Source of the DNA: a virus | Lineage: Duplodnaviria > Heunggongvirae > Uroviricota > Caudoviricetes | Direction: 5' to 3' (one strand) | Length of the DNA: 64,000 nt | Virus record (IMG/VR): IMGVR_UViG_3300001687_001192 | Shown here: positions 53,064 through 61,985 of the stretch, in pieces | Position numbering within the stretch: the first letter of the stretch is position 1 | How the letters are laid out: the number at the start of each line of letters is the position of its first letter | The notes under the pieces: generated by a model | What the model was told of the DNA's origin: nothing | The model's input: only the letters and a program-made list of their open reading frames with translations | Databases searched by the model: none | Translations under genes and position numbers: made by a program

Positions 53064-54172
53064 GTCTTCCCCCAGAAGTTTTATCTCAAAGGCCAATAGC
53101 GGTTCCAGGAAGTCCATTCTGGAATGTGTTTAAAAGATTTGGAAGAGATGAAATAATTGCAATGGCTGTCAATGTGCTTGGCACAGCCATAATGAGCCTG
53201 TTCTCGGCCAGTGCGGTGCTGCTAGCGGCCGTTGGCCCGGTGGTCGAAAAGATTGGATTTTTCCCGGCACATTTCGTCGAAGCATGGAAAATCTATAAGA
53301 CAACGTCCGAGATGCAACGGCGAAATCTTTTCCATTATATAAAGAGAGCGGCACGCGGCGGCACGGTCAGCCTAGTAGAAGACGTGCTCGTACATGATCC
53401 TGTATATATTGTCTTGATGTATTTGGGCTTAAATGCATACAGTGGGACACCGGCATGGGTTTTATCTGCTATAAGTTTTGTAATTGCCGTAGTCGTAGTA
53501 GCATTTATAGAGGTAGGCGTTACTGAGGGGCGCTATCTCTTTTTTAAGTGGAGAGCTGGCAGAGCTGGCTTTGAAGTAGAGAAGTACTTTGAATCCAGGT
53601 TCCTCGTCGACGTTACTGTTGACCCAGACCAAGCGATGAAACTCGTGTCGAAGGAGTTCGAGCTTAACACCACATATGAAATGGCGTATAGTGATACCTA
53701 CTTCGAAAGCAAGTTTCCTGAATACTCCGATAGGACGGTGAAGTTCAGGTTAAGGAAACGGACAAATGAGGCGGGCAATTTCGTACGTTCCGCACAGATT
53801 ATATATACTAGAGCTGGAGAAGTCTATCGAAATAAATTAGAACAGTCAAGATTTTTCCCAATTAGAAAGGAGAAGATCTATTTCGAGTTAGATTCGTTGC
53901 ATCCACCTGCCGAACTGGAAGGCACGGCAGGAGAGTTCCTCCGAAAATATATAAACGATTCTAAGCCGCAACCATTACACTTTACTAGGATTGTCGCATA
54001 TAATAAGGTGTTATTAGTATCTGCTGATAGAGTTAAAGGTTCTAGGGATTTCTATTTGTTAGAAGTTAAGGTGTATAAAGAAATCGAAACTTTGATAAAG
54101 GCCATGCGCTTTATTATGAGGAAACTTCCTGTATTACAGACTACGCATGGAAAACTGGAACTTACGACGTAA
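53060..54172 (+). CDS. membrane protein (N-terminal TM bundle, 370 aa)
   Basis: ATGA overlap. Confidence 0.65.
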   Translation: MSLPPEVLSQRPIAVPGSPFWNVFKRFGRDEIIAMAVNVLGTAIMSLFSASAVLLAAVGPVVEKIGFFPAHFVEAWKIYKTTSEMQRRNLFHYIKRAARGGTVSLVEDVLVHDPVYIVLMYLGLNAYSGTPAWVLSAISFVIAVVVVAFIEVGVTEGRYLFFKWRAGRAGFEVEKYFESRFLVDVTVDPDQAMKLVSKEFELNTTYEMAYSDTYFESKFPEYSDRTVKFRLRKRTNEAGNFVRSAQIIYTRAGEVYRNKLEQSRFFPIRKEKIYFELDSLHPPAELEGTAGEFLRKYINDSKPQPLHFTRIVAYNKVLLVSADRVKGSRDFYLLEVKVYKEIETLIKAMRFIMRKLPVLQTTHGKLELTT

Positions 54173-54189
54173 GAAAAAGGAGAAACAGA

Positions 54190-54375
54190 ATGTTTCTAGA
54201 GATCGAGGTTGATACTCGAACTGGTATCGAGAAAGGACAAAAGGAAGTAGATGGAGACCACATTATTGAAAAGCACCCTAACGTTCTTGATCTAATGTCT
54301 TGGGTCAAAGGAGCGCGTGTTGGGTCTGTATTTTCTATTATAAGTCGCGGGTATAAATATAAGAAGGTGTCGTGA
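54190..54375 (+). CDS. small protein
   Basis: AAAAGGAGAAACAGA-ATG. Confidence 0.4.
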   Translation: MFLEIEVDTRTGIEKGQKEVDGDHIIEKHPNVLDLMSWVKGARVGSVFSIISRGYKYKKVS

Positions 54376-54656
54376 TGAATCGGGCACACAAAGCCAAAGC
54401 TTTGCTGCTTTATAATGCAGAACGTATAGAAATGTTGGCCGAAGCCGCCCACATGATCGGCTTCGAAGATCTAGGTGACCGGCTTTTTAATATATCAAAT
54501 GGTATCAAAGATAGCACAAACGCGTTGTTCCGTGCATGGAAGAAGGAGTTCTTCGATCATTGCGATTCTATAAAGGAGGCGGGCGAGAATATACTGGCAG
54601 CGACCTTAGCGGGATTAGAACTAGCAGAAAAGTCAACGACGGAGGACCAAGAGTGA
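54372..54656 (+). CDS. hypothetical protein
   Basis: GTGATG overlap. Confidence 0.5.
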   Translation: MMNRAHKAKALLLYNAERIEMLAEAAHMIGFEDLGDRLFNISNGIKDSTNALFRAWKKEFFDHCDSIKEAGENILAATLAGLELAEKSTTEDQE

Positions 54657-55210
54657 AAGACGGCGACAAGAAGAAGTTGTCTAAGTTTATGAGTCTTGTG
54701 TTGCGACATAAACTAGGAAGTTTAAAATTAGACTCTAGGGGATGTTGCAAAATAGACGATTTAATAAATGTCGTTAATAGAAGAACTAGGCTAAACGTTA
54801 CCCGCGCCGACGTGATTAAACTTACAATTCCGTCCGAAGATCCAAATATTAAAACTAGATTTGAACTGGAAGGAAATTTTATACGAGCTGGACATGGGCA
54901 TTCGATTAAAATAGAAGGGTACGAGAAATTGATTCCGAGTCAACCGCTTTACCATGCTACTACGGAGTCTGTCATAGATTCTATCATGCGATCGGGTTTG
55001 TGTGCTATGAACAGACAAAAGGTACACTTGTCATATGATAAAGCTATTACTATCGAGGCTGCTAAAAGACGTAGCAGAAACATAGTGCTTATACGAATTA
55101 AAAGCGAGGAGGCTGTGTCTGGCGGAGTATCTTTCTATAAAAGTGCAGATGAAAGGATCGTGTTGTCTGATGACATTCCGCCGGAATATTTGGAGGTCGA
55201 GGCATTATGA
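54653..55210 (+). CDS. Tpt1/KptA family RNA 2'-phosphotransferase (NAD-dependent), GTG start
   Basis: SKFMSLVLRH, IRAGHGHS, LYHATT, VHLS motifs; GACGGAGGACCAAGA-GTG overlapping upstream TGA. Confidence 0.7.
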   Translation: MKDGDKKKLSKFMSLVLRHKLGSLKLDSRGCCKIDDLINVVNRRTRLNVTRADVIKLTIPSEDPNIKTRFELEGNFIRAGHGHSIKIEGYEKLIPSQPLYHATTESVIDSIMRSGLCAMNRQKVHLSYDKAITIEAAKRRSRNIVLIRIKSEEAVSGGVSFYKSADERIVLSDDIPPEYLEVEAL

Positions 55211-56265
55211 GATGTTTACTTGTGACTGGTAAATTTGATACCTATGGTGGCAGACCATCGAAGATAGGCCAGATTGTTGCGGAGTCAATCGTCACTTACA
55301 ACAAAGCTTTCAGAGAAGTAAGGCATATAAACGGTGGTAGAATAGAGTTAATACCGAGCTTGGTACGCGATTCCGGGCCCAACTACGACATTATATTCTG
55401 GTTTCCAGACGTGGCAGATCGAGGCTTTGGAATTAAATATGTAGATTTTATTAAAAACCACAACCAAAAGTGCGTCCTAGTAACCTCCAAGAACAATATT
55501 GATTGTAAATACAGTATCAGTAAAATGGTTCAAGGAGCGTTAAAGCAAAAAGCCAACTTGTTTGTAGAATTACAGAAACGCTCAGACAAATACATAGCCC
55601 GAGTACTAGATCCGCTAGGTAATCAATTTTCCGGCTGGAGCGACAACTTTTCCGAGGTCACAACGGCTTTGGTAGGTAGAGCTATAAGGATAAGTGATTT
55701 TACGAGGGTTCCAAGCTCTGCTGCGCATAAAATCGAGACGCCATACAGCGGAGAATTTATAAAGTTTGTTAGGAGTACGGCTGAGCGCATCGGCAGATTC
55801 TTTCAGCCATCTCTTACTCATAGGTTTGTCGGTAACGCGTCGTTTAAGAAAGACGACATGGTCTTTATTACTAGAAGGAATATCGATAAAGCTACTTTAC
55901 ACTGTTCAAATTTTGTAGGGATCTCTAACTTACAACCACGTGGATACAGTTTTCACGGACAGTTCAAACCTTCTGTTGACTCTCCAATTCATCTACGACT
56001 CTATGAAATATACCCTGAGATAAATTATATTGTACATGGTCATGCATATATAAATGGTTTTGTTACTACAGAAACGGTAGTTCCGTGTGGGTCACTGGAA
56101 GAGGCAGATTTAATACATAGCTGTTTTCCTGATAAAAGACGTACCAGTTTTGCTTTAAATCTAAAAGGACATGGATTTATTGCCTTAGCTAACGAAGTAG
56201 ACGCATTGCGCGATCTGACCTTTAACTTGGTTCCTAGACCATTGCCGGAAATGATTAATGAATGA
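55207..56265 (+). CDS. protein with C-terminal class II aldolase/adducin-like domain
   Basis: YIVHGH ... ALNLKGHGFIALANEVDAL resembles class II aldolase fold; N-terminal half unknown. Confidence 0.5.
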   Translation: MRCLLVTGKFDTYGGRPSKIGQIVAESIVTYNKAFREVRHINGGRIELIPSLVRDSGPNYDIIFWFPDVADRGFGIKYVDFIKNHNQKCVLVTSKNNIDCKYSISKMVQGALKQKANLFVELQKRSDKYIARVLDPLGNQFSGWSDNFSEVTTALVGRAIRISDFTRVPSSAAHKIETPYSGEFIKFVRSTAERIGRFFQPSLTHRFVGNASFKKDDMVFITRRNIDKATLHCSNFVGISNLQPRGYSFHGQFKPSVDSPIHLRLYEIYPEINYIVHGHAYINGFVTTETVVPCGSLEEADLIHSCFPDKRRTSFALNLKGHGFIALANEVDALRDLTFNLVPRPLPEMINE

Positions 56266-56687
56266 GAGTTATTAACAAAAGATTTAACGAATTTCCGACA
56301 CCCATAAGAAAAGCCATTAAGAGCTTGAGTCTCAGGAAAGAGGGTCATTCGAGCCTTGTATTCCAAAGTGAACCAGATATAGATACATTTATTGCTTTAA
56401 ACGAGGACGGTATCTTGATAGGATGGGCTATATGCAGTAGGAAATGGCTTGAACATCCCGTGGTCGTGAATAGAGTGGGCGTCAACATCGAAATGAAACG
56501 ACCTGTTATAATGCTTTACGTGCGTAAATCTATGAGAAGAAAGGGAGTTGGCTCCATACTAATGTCAGCTGTAATAGCTAAACATAGTAAGGTTGCTGTC
56601 TGTCCATGGAATTCGGAGTCGCGAGGATTTTTTAACAAACTTAAGAAAAACTATGCTGGTCTACCAAATGCTCCAGGATATTGGTGA
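56262..56687 (+). CDS. GNAT family acetyltransferase
   Basis: RRKGVGSILM acetyl-CoA binding motif. Confidence 0.55.
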   Translation: MRVINKRFNEFPTPIRKAIKSLSLRKEGHSSLVFQSEPDIDTFIALNEDGILIGWAICSRKWLEHPVVVNRVGVNIEMKRPVIMLYVRKSMRRKGVGSILMSAVIAKHSKVAVCPWNSESRGFFNKLKKNYAGLPNAPGYW

Positions 56688-56691
56688 TAAA

Positions 56692-57147
56692 ATGCCTCGA
56701 TATTTTAAACGTATAACAATACCAGAACTTAGAGAAGAAATTAAAGAATCAATAGTATATGAAGATGGTTTGCATGGTTATGCTTGGCCTTTAGATATCC
56801 CACAAGTAAAGAAAGACCTTAAAAAGTGTAAGTTTGATTTTGAGAACCATGAGGTATCTCCGGAGTTATGGACTCCTCAGAGATTGATGGGGTTAGTAAC
56901 ATTGAATAACGGCTTGACGTTTTGGGGACAGTCTGCTGGTGGAGACTGGGAGTTTCCAGTATTCTTTATTCTATATTGGGATGGCAAAAAAGTAAGAGGG
57001 TATATTCCTAATGAAGGTAATCATTGGAATAAAAAGACAAAAATGGCTTATGGAAATGGTGAAGATGAGATGATCATAGTAGACAAACTTAAGTTTGACG
57101 TTGACAAGCTTGAAGCAGATATAAGGGAACGAATCAAAGAGAGGTAA
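56692..57147 (+). CDS. hypothetical protein
   Basis: in-frame ATG in track ORF 56593..57147 just after upstream stop. Confidence 0.5.
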   Translation: MPRYFKRITIPELREEIKESIVYEDGLHGYAWPLDIPQVKKDLKKCKFDFENHEVSPELWTPQRLMGLVTLNNGLTFWGQSAGGDWEFPVFFILYWDGKKVRGYIPNEGNHWNKKTKMAYGNGEDEMIIVDKLKFDVDKLEADIRERIKER

Positions 57148-57150
57148 TGG

Positions 57151-58197
57151 ATGTTAAGGAAGCTAGCTTCAATTCAAGTAGTTGACAAACTAGAGTCTAT
57201 TTCTGGAGCCGATAGAATAGAGCTGGCTTCTATCATGGGCTGGAAAGTCATTGTAAAGAAAGGAGAATTCGCCGAGGGAGATAAATGCGTATTTTTTGAG
57301 ATAGATTCTATCCTGCCAGACGGTCAGCCTTGGGCAGAGTTCATGAGGCCACGAAAATTTAGGGTTAAAACCCTTAAGATGCGCGGCGTTCTATCTCAGG
57401 GGCTTGCCCTCCCACTGAGCATACTTGGAAAACCAGGCATGTTTAGGACGCTATTTTATAAGATAACTAAACTCAGTCCTTGGAAGGTTGGAGATGACGT
57501 AACCAAAACTCTTAAGATAAAGAAGCATGATCCCACCGTGAGAGGCCATGGTTTCGATTCTGGGAGCTTTTTAGCTCCATTTCCTCCTTTCATCCCGAAA
57601 ACGGACGAAATCCGCTTACAATCGGCTCTAGGGCTTCTGAGCGAATTGAAGGGACATCCGTTTTACATTTCGGTTAAATGTGATGGGACATCTGGTACAT
57701 TTTATAAGTTAAATAATGAATTATTCTGCTGTTCTAGGAATCGAATTGTCAAACCTGGTGACAACGTCTACTGGGAGATCGCACGTAAATATAATTTGGA
57801 AAAGAAACTTCCGGAAGGTATAGCTATTCAAGGAGAAATCTGTAGTCCTGGTATACAGAAAAACAGATTGTCTCTTAAAGAGCCGGAATTATTTGTATTT
57901 GACGTTTTACGGATTAAAGGGGTAGAATACTTTGATCTGCCACAAATGCAATTGTTCTGCCAGGAACACGGCTTAGAGACTGTACCAATCGAGCGTGTTG
58001 TAGCTAGTCCCGATAATTTCGACTATTCTCTTGAGAATTGGATTGACCTTGCAAAAGGCAAATATCCGAACGGAATTAATCGCAGGGAGGGAATTGTCGT
58101 AAGACCAGTCACCAAGGTACGTAGCCAAGTGTTACGCGGCGGCAGGGTAAGTTTTAAAGTCATTAACAACGACTATTTATTGAAAGACGAGGATTAA
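57151..58197 (+). CDS. ATP-dependent RNA ligase, DraRnl/Rnl5-like (N-terminal OB domain + nucleotidyltransferase KxDG)
   Basis: N-terminus MLRKLASIQVVDKLESISGADRIELASIMGWKVIVKKGEF; motif I ISVKCDGTSGTF. Confidence 0.65.
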   Translation: MLRKLASIQVVDKLESISGADRIELASIMGWKVIVKKGEFAEGDKCVFFEIDSILPDGQPWAEFMRPRKFRVKTLKMRGVLSQGLALPLSILGKPGMFRTLFYKITKLSPWKVGDDVTKTLKIKKHDPTVRGHGFDSGSFLAPFPPFIPKTDEIRLQSALGLLSELKGHPFYISVKCDGTSGTFYKLNNELFCCSRNRIVKPGDNVYWEIARKYNLEKKLPEGIAIQGEICSPGIQKNRLSLKEPELFVFDVLRIKGVEYFDLPQMQLFCQEHGLETVPIERVVASPDNFDYSLENWIDLAKGKYPNGINRREGIVVRPVTKVRSQVLRGGRVSFKVINNDYLLKDED

Positions 58198-58500
58198 ATG
58201 CTAGGCCGGCCTCTTTTATTTGTAGGCTTTATTGTCATGCTTATAACGGCTGTGTTCCTTATATGTATGACAATACATTATACTGAGGGATCTAATGCGA
58301 CACCGCAGACAGTAGGAAAGTGTTATAATGAGTGCGTGACTAAAGGTATAAAACGTCTTGAAGTCACTGCTTCCAACTGTGTCTCAAGGATCAACAAAAA
58401 ACAGAGGATTGATGCCCAATGCATGCGACGTGTATTTTCAGTAGTACATGATTCTTGTAACAGTCATTGTAAGAACGCGACGCGTGGTGTAGTATGGTAG
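58198..58500 (+). CDS. membrane-anchored Cys-rich protein
   Basis: TAAATG overlap. Confidence 0.5.
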   Translation: MLGRPLLFVGFIVMLITAVFLICMTIHYTEGSNATPQTVGKCYNECVTKGIKRLEVTASNCVSRINKKQRIDAQCMRRVFSVVHDSCNSHCKNATRGVVW

Positions 58501-58706
58501 TAGTATCTTTCTTTTGTGCTTGTTATATTATTCTCGCTTTAATCTTTACTTCCGTAATACAATTTTTGACTGCACATTTCGCACTTACCAGTACTAAGTT
58601 GAAGTGGAACTATAAGACTGCGTTTATATGGCCTATAACTGTACCAGTTTTTCTTATTCTTATAATATATTATGTTTATAGAAAAGAGACAAATCATGAT
58701 CCCTAA
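58494..58706 (+). CDS. membrane protein
   Basis: overlap. Confidence 0.45.
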   Translation: MVVVSFFCACYIILALIFTSVIQFLTAHFALTSTKLKWNYKTAFIWPITVPVFLILIIYYVYRKETNHDP

Positions 58707-59049
58707 AAGAGGTGATCTAGTAAGAATAAATCCAGAATACATTAAAGCAATACGGTTAATTGGAGATCCGAGTTGGCATGCATGTGAAAATGCTGAGGTT
58801 GAGATCATAGAAGTTATGAATTGGGGTGACAAATTTAAAGTAAGATGGCAGCACAAAGATGATACATATAGTGTTTTTCTTGGGAACGATGGAACCTTTT
58901 TCTATGGTAGAACTAATATCAAGTTTTTTACGTCATTAGTACACAATATACAATCGGATAAATGTATATGTAATTCTCCAGATATAACTATAACAGGTAT
59001 TGGTAGGTTGGCATTTCAAGTATGTAGAATATGTAAGAAAGAGATATGA
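58672..59049 (+). CDS. protein with C-terminal zinc ribbon of the shared type (CICNSPDITITGIGRLAFQVCRICKKEI)
   Basis: C-terminal module shared with family A/B proteins. Confidence 0.55.
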   Translation: MFIEKRQIMIPKRGDLVRINPEYIKAIRLIGDPSWHACENAEVEIIEVMNWGDKFKVRWQHKDDTYSVFLGNDGTFFYGRTNIKFFTSLVHNIQSDKCICNSPDITITGIGRLAFQVCRICKKEI

Positions 59050-59405
59050 TGCTTCGTATTGTCATTTTTTCAATACTAACGTTAGTGGGTTGTGGCGAAT
59101 CAAGTTATACACAACTAACTACGATTTGTAGCCAACGCTCCATTGGTTTTCAAGATTCACATATGATATGTGGTGCTTTAGAAGAATGCGTTACCGGTGA
59201 TACAATACAATATTATAGGTACTTATGTTTTTGTGATATAATATGTATGTGTTTTTATAGTGAATCTAATTGTGTCAATAATAAAGATTGTGATATTGCT
59301 AGTACGTTAATGTTATTTGGAGACGCTTTCTGCGATCTTTCAGAGTCCCGTAGGAAATCATTAGTCTTCGATATTAAACGTCAGGTGGAAGAAGTTTATA
59401 AATAG
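59046..59405 (+). CDS. lipoprotein, Cys-rich
   Basis: ATGA overlap; LTLVGCG lipobox. Confidence 0.5.
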   Translation: MMLRIVIFSILTLVGCGESSYTQLTTICSQRSIGFQDSHMICGALEECVTGDTIQYYRYLCFCDIICMCFYSESNCVNNKDCDIASTLMLFGDAFCDLSESRRKSLVFDIKRQVEEVYK

Positions 59406-59431
59406 AGTTTTTTTATGGAGGATAATAAAAC

Positions 59432-59653
59432 ATGAATGAGAAACAGGCTGAACTTTTCAGTGCCATGACTGCTGTTGTAGAAGAATCTGTGCCAGTTGGC
59501 CCATTGAGAGATTATATTCTAATCGAGACCAAGGCTGTTTGTGAGCAGTCTGAGAACCCGCATGATGATATAGCCTCTATACTTTTTTGCTCTGCAAGTA
59601 GTGTATTACAAGTTGGTAGGCGAATACTGGCCTTGCGATGTAAAGAATCTTAG
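59432..59653 (+). CDS. hypothetical protein
   Basis: TTTATGGAGGATAATAAAAC-ATG. Confidence 0.5.
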   Translation: MNEKQAELFSAMTAVVEESVPVGPLRDYILIETKAVCEQSENPHDDIASILFCSASSVLQVGRRILALRCKES

Positions 59654-59662
59654 GAGGAAGTT

Positions 59663-60145
59663 GTGGATTACCGTTACTTGGCCAAAGCAACATCGCAGTG
59701 GTGGGAGTCCTACGATAAAGCGAAACGTCTCGTCAGAATTTCCTTCTCCGATATTATTTCTGAGGCATTAGAACTTGGAGAGGAAATTAACAACGATACT
59801 TTAAAATTATTAGATAAAGACGAGTGTATTTTGCTACCATTTAAGTTTGTAGTTTGCGGAACTTGTGGTGGTAGTGGCACACACGTAAATCCTAGTATTG
59901 ATTCTCATGGCATAACAATGGACGAATGGGATAGCGAATGGAGTTATGACGACCAAGAAAGATATACATCTGGATTTTATGATGTACAGTGTTACGAGTG
60001 TAATGGTAAGAGAGTTGTTCCGGAGATCGAAAAAACCAGATTAGATAAAAGAAAGATGGAATTAGTACGCCTTTTAGAGGAACATATGCAGGACCGCATC
60101 GATGCCGCGAAGGAAAGGTATCATGAGGTAAAAATGGGATATTAA
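59663..60145 (+). CDS. Cys-rich protein (GTG start)
   Basis: TAGGAGGAAGTT-GTG. Confidence 0.55.
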   Translation: MDYRYLAKATSQWWESYDKAKRLVRISFSDIISEALELGEEINNDTLKLLDKDECILLPFKFVVCGTCGGSGTHVNPSIDSHGITMDEWDSEWSYDDQERYTSGFYDVQCYECNGKRVVPEIEKTRLDKRKMELVRLLEEHMQDRIDAAKERYHEVKMGY

Positions 60146-60162
60146 AATAAAGGAGGATCTCA

Positions 60163-60462
60163 ATGAGCACAGGATTAGAGTGCCTTTTTCTAGAGAGAAG
60201 TCAGGGCAGATGGTTTTATATTTTAGAGCATTGGGACGCTCCGAAACACGCTTTTGATTGGCTAGACTATGCCACTGCATATGGTCCATTTACTAGCAAA
60301 GAATTGGCTCAAGAAGATTTAGATAATAACCATCCGAATCCTGGTGGGTGGTCTGTTATAGATGCCAGTCATTTTGATACTTTGACTAAAAGTATGCAAG
60401 AGAAGCTTGAGGATCTTATTGGTCATCCTTCTTGTCCAGTAACCCTATTTAGGTTCTTGTAA
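60163..60462 (+). CDS. hypothetical protein
   Basis: AATAAAGGAGGATCTCA-ATG. Confidence 0.55.
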   Translation: MSTGLECLFLERSQGRWFYILEHWDAPKHAFDWLDYATAYGPFTSKELAQEDLDNNHPNPGGWSVIDASHFDTLTKSMQEKLEDLIGHPSCPVTLFRFL

Positions 60463-60836
60463 TGTCGGATGGCAAAGGTTTTGGGGACTTTTCCCAGAGA
60501 GTACGTCCCTCTGGAGGTAGAAGACAACCAAAAACATCAGAACATAAAGATGCGGCATCTGATAGAATAATAAGGCTTCTTGAAAAGGGAGAAAAAGGAT
60601 GTCGACTTACTGCTCCTTTTCCAGAATTAGATGACAGAGATATAAAGAGAATAAAAGAGCACGAACGCTTTGCAGCGGCAGACGACGAGACGAAGCTAGA
60701 GATCTTAAACAATAAGATAATAGAGCTGTACGATAAGAAAATTCTTAACAGAAATAATAAAAAGAAATTGAGGGGAATTAATAGGAAAATTAGCAGGATA
60801 CAAAGGGAGATTGCTGAGTTGCTCGTAAAGAAGTAG
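60462..60836 (+). CDS. basic/Lys-rich protein
   Basis: TAATG overlap. Confidence 0.5.
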   Translation: MSDGKGFGDFSQRVRPSGGRRQPKTSEHKDAASDRIIRLLEKGEKGCRLTAPFPELDDRDIKRIKEHERFAAADDETKLEILNNKIIELYDKKILNRNNKKKLRGINRKISRIQREIAELLVKK

Positions 60837-60920
60837 CGCGAGTATATCGTGCGCGTGAACTCAGAGGCGACCGCTTTGCCGGTCTCAGGCGGCAAAGCCA
60901 CATTTGTGCGAGGATATGCT

Positions 60921-61355
60921 ATGTATAAAGACGACCTACAAGCAGCCCAAGCCAGAGCTGAGGCTGCCGAGCAGCGTGCGCGTCAGCTAGCAAGGTTACT
61001 AGAGGAATCTCAGAGCGTTCGCTGGAAACGTATAATCTTAGTACCGTTTAAATGGATGTGGGGAAATAAGGGAAGCATATTGGCTATATTTGGCATCCTA
61101 GCATTGCTTTTATTTATTGGTACATGTATAGTTGCGGTAACCAATGAAGATAGAAGAATAGAAAAAGTCAAGGAATGCCTTGTATTGCATTGCCATAAGA
61201 TTTGTAAAAAGGATCTCGAAGGCTTTTTAACGTCAAGGGTCGAGCGGATTAGGCAATATTCTGGGTCGTATTACACTTGTACTTGTTATTTAGAACAGAG
61301 TAAAAGGACTTTTAATTTCTCGATCCCAGATGCGTGTAGCAGATTTCTTAAATAG
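60921..61355 (+). CDS. membrane protein with N-terminal coiled coil
   Basis: in-frame ATG in track ORF 60849..61355; GTG start would run through a conserved DNA motif. Confidence 0.5.
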   Translation: MYKDDLQAAQARAEAAEQRARQLARLLEESQSVRWKRIILVPFKWMWGNKGSILAIFGILALLLFIGTCIVAVTNEDRRIEKVKECLVLHCHKICKKDLEGFLTSRVERIRQYSGSYYTCTCYLEQSKRTFNFSIPDACSRFLK

Positions 61356-61371
61356 AAAAGGGAACGGATTG

Positions 61372-61491
61372 ATGGAGCGCGATAAATATAACCAAGGCAG
61401 CAAAGCAGTAATGATTGCATGTATAATATTTATTGTCGTTATGTTAACGATTATGAGTCTTACAGAGATTGTGCGAACTTGTTCTGTATAG
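61372..61491 (+). CDS. 39-aa hydrophobic peptide
   Basis: small ORF in spacer. Confidence 0.3.
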   Translation: MERDKYNQGSKAVMIACIIFIVVMLTIMSLTEIVRTCSV

Positions 61492-61501
61492 GAGGAAAGA
61501 A

Positions 61502-61975
61502 ATGGTAGAAGAAAACAAAGTTAATAAGGTTGCTCGAATTGTCAAAGCGTTGTTTGATTTGGACGGCGTTAAAATTTCTCTCAAAGATATTGCTGAGATT
61601 ATTCAAAACGATTCCCTTGCTGATGTATACAATCTAAAAAATAAGGTAACTAAAGAAATCGACGAGCGCAAATCTAAAACAAAACAGTCGGACAGGCGCG
61701 AATCTATTAAGCAATTTGTCGTACGACATTGGGATCTTATCAAAGACAACGAACATGTGAAAACCCTCTTTTTTAATGGTTATTGTGCTGGTAGATATAA
61801 AAAAGATAAGAGAGAAGCAATGTTGCAGGAGTTGATTTCAGCTGCCGAAGACAAAGAAATGTTACAAGAGTTAGTTGACACAACAGTAGCTGTAGCTCCT
61901 GCTAAAGATGATATCGACCCTTCAGATGTAGAACTTCGCCCTGAAGATACAGATTACGATAAACTTGAGTTTTAG
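61502..61975 (+). CDS. hypothetical protein
   Basis: ATAGGAGGAAAGAA-ATG in track ORF 61469..61975. Confidence 0.55.
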   Translation: MVEENKVNKVARIVKALFDLDGVKISLKDIAEIIQNDSLADVYNLKNKVTKEIDERKSKTKQSDRRESIKQFVVRHWDLIKDNEHVKTLFFNGYCAGRYKKDKREAMLQELISAAEDKEMLQELVDTTVAVAPAKDDIDPSDVELRPEDTDYDKLEF

Positions 61976-61985
61976 TATCTTACAA

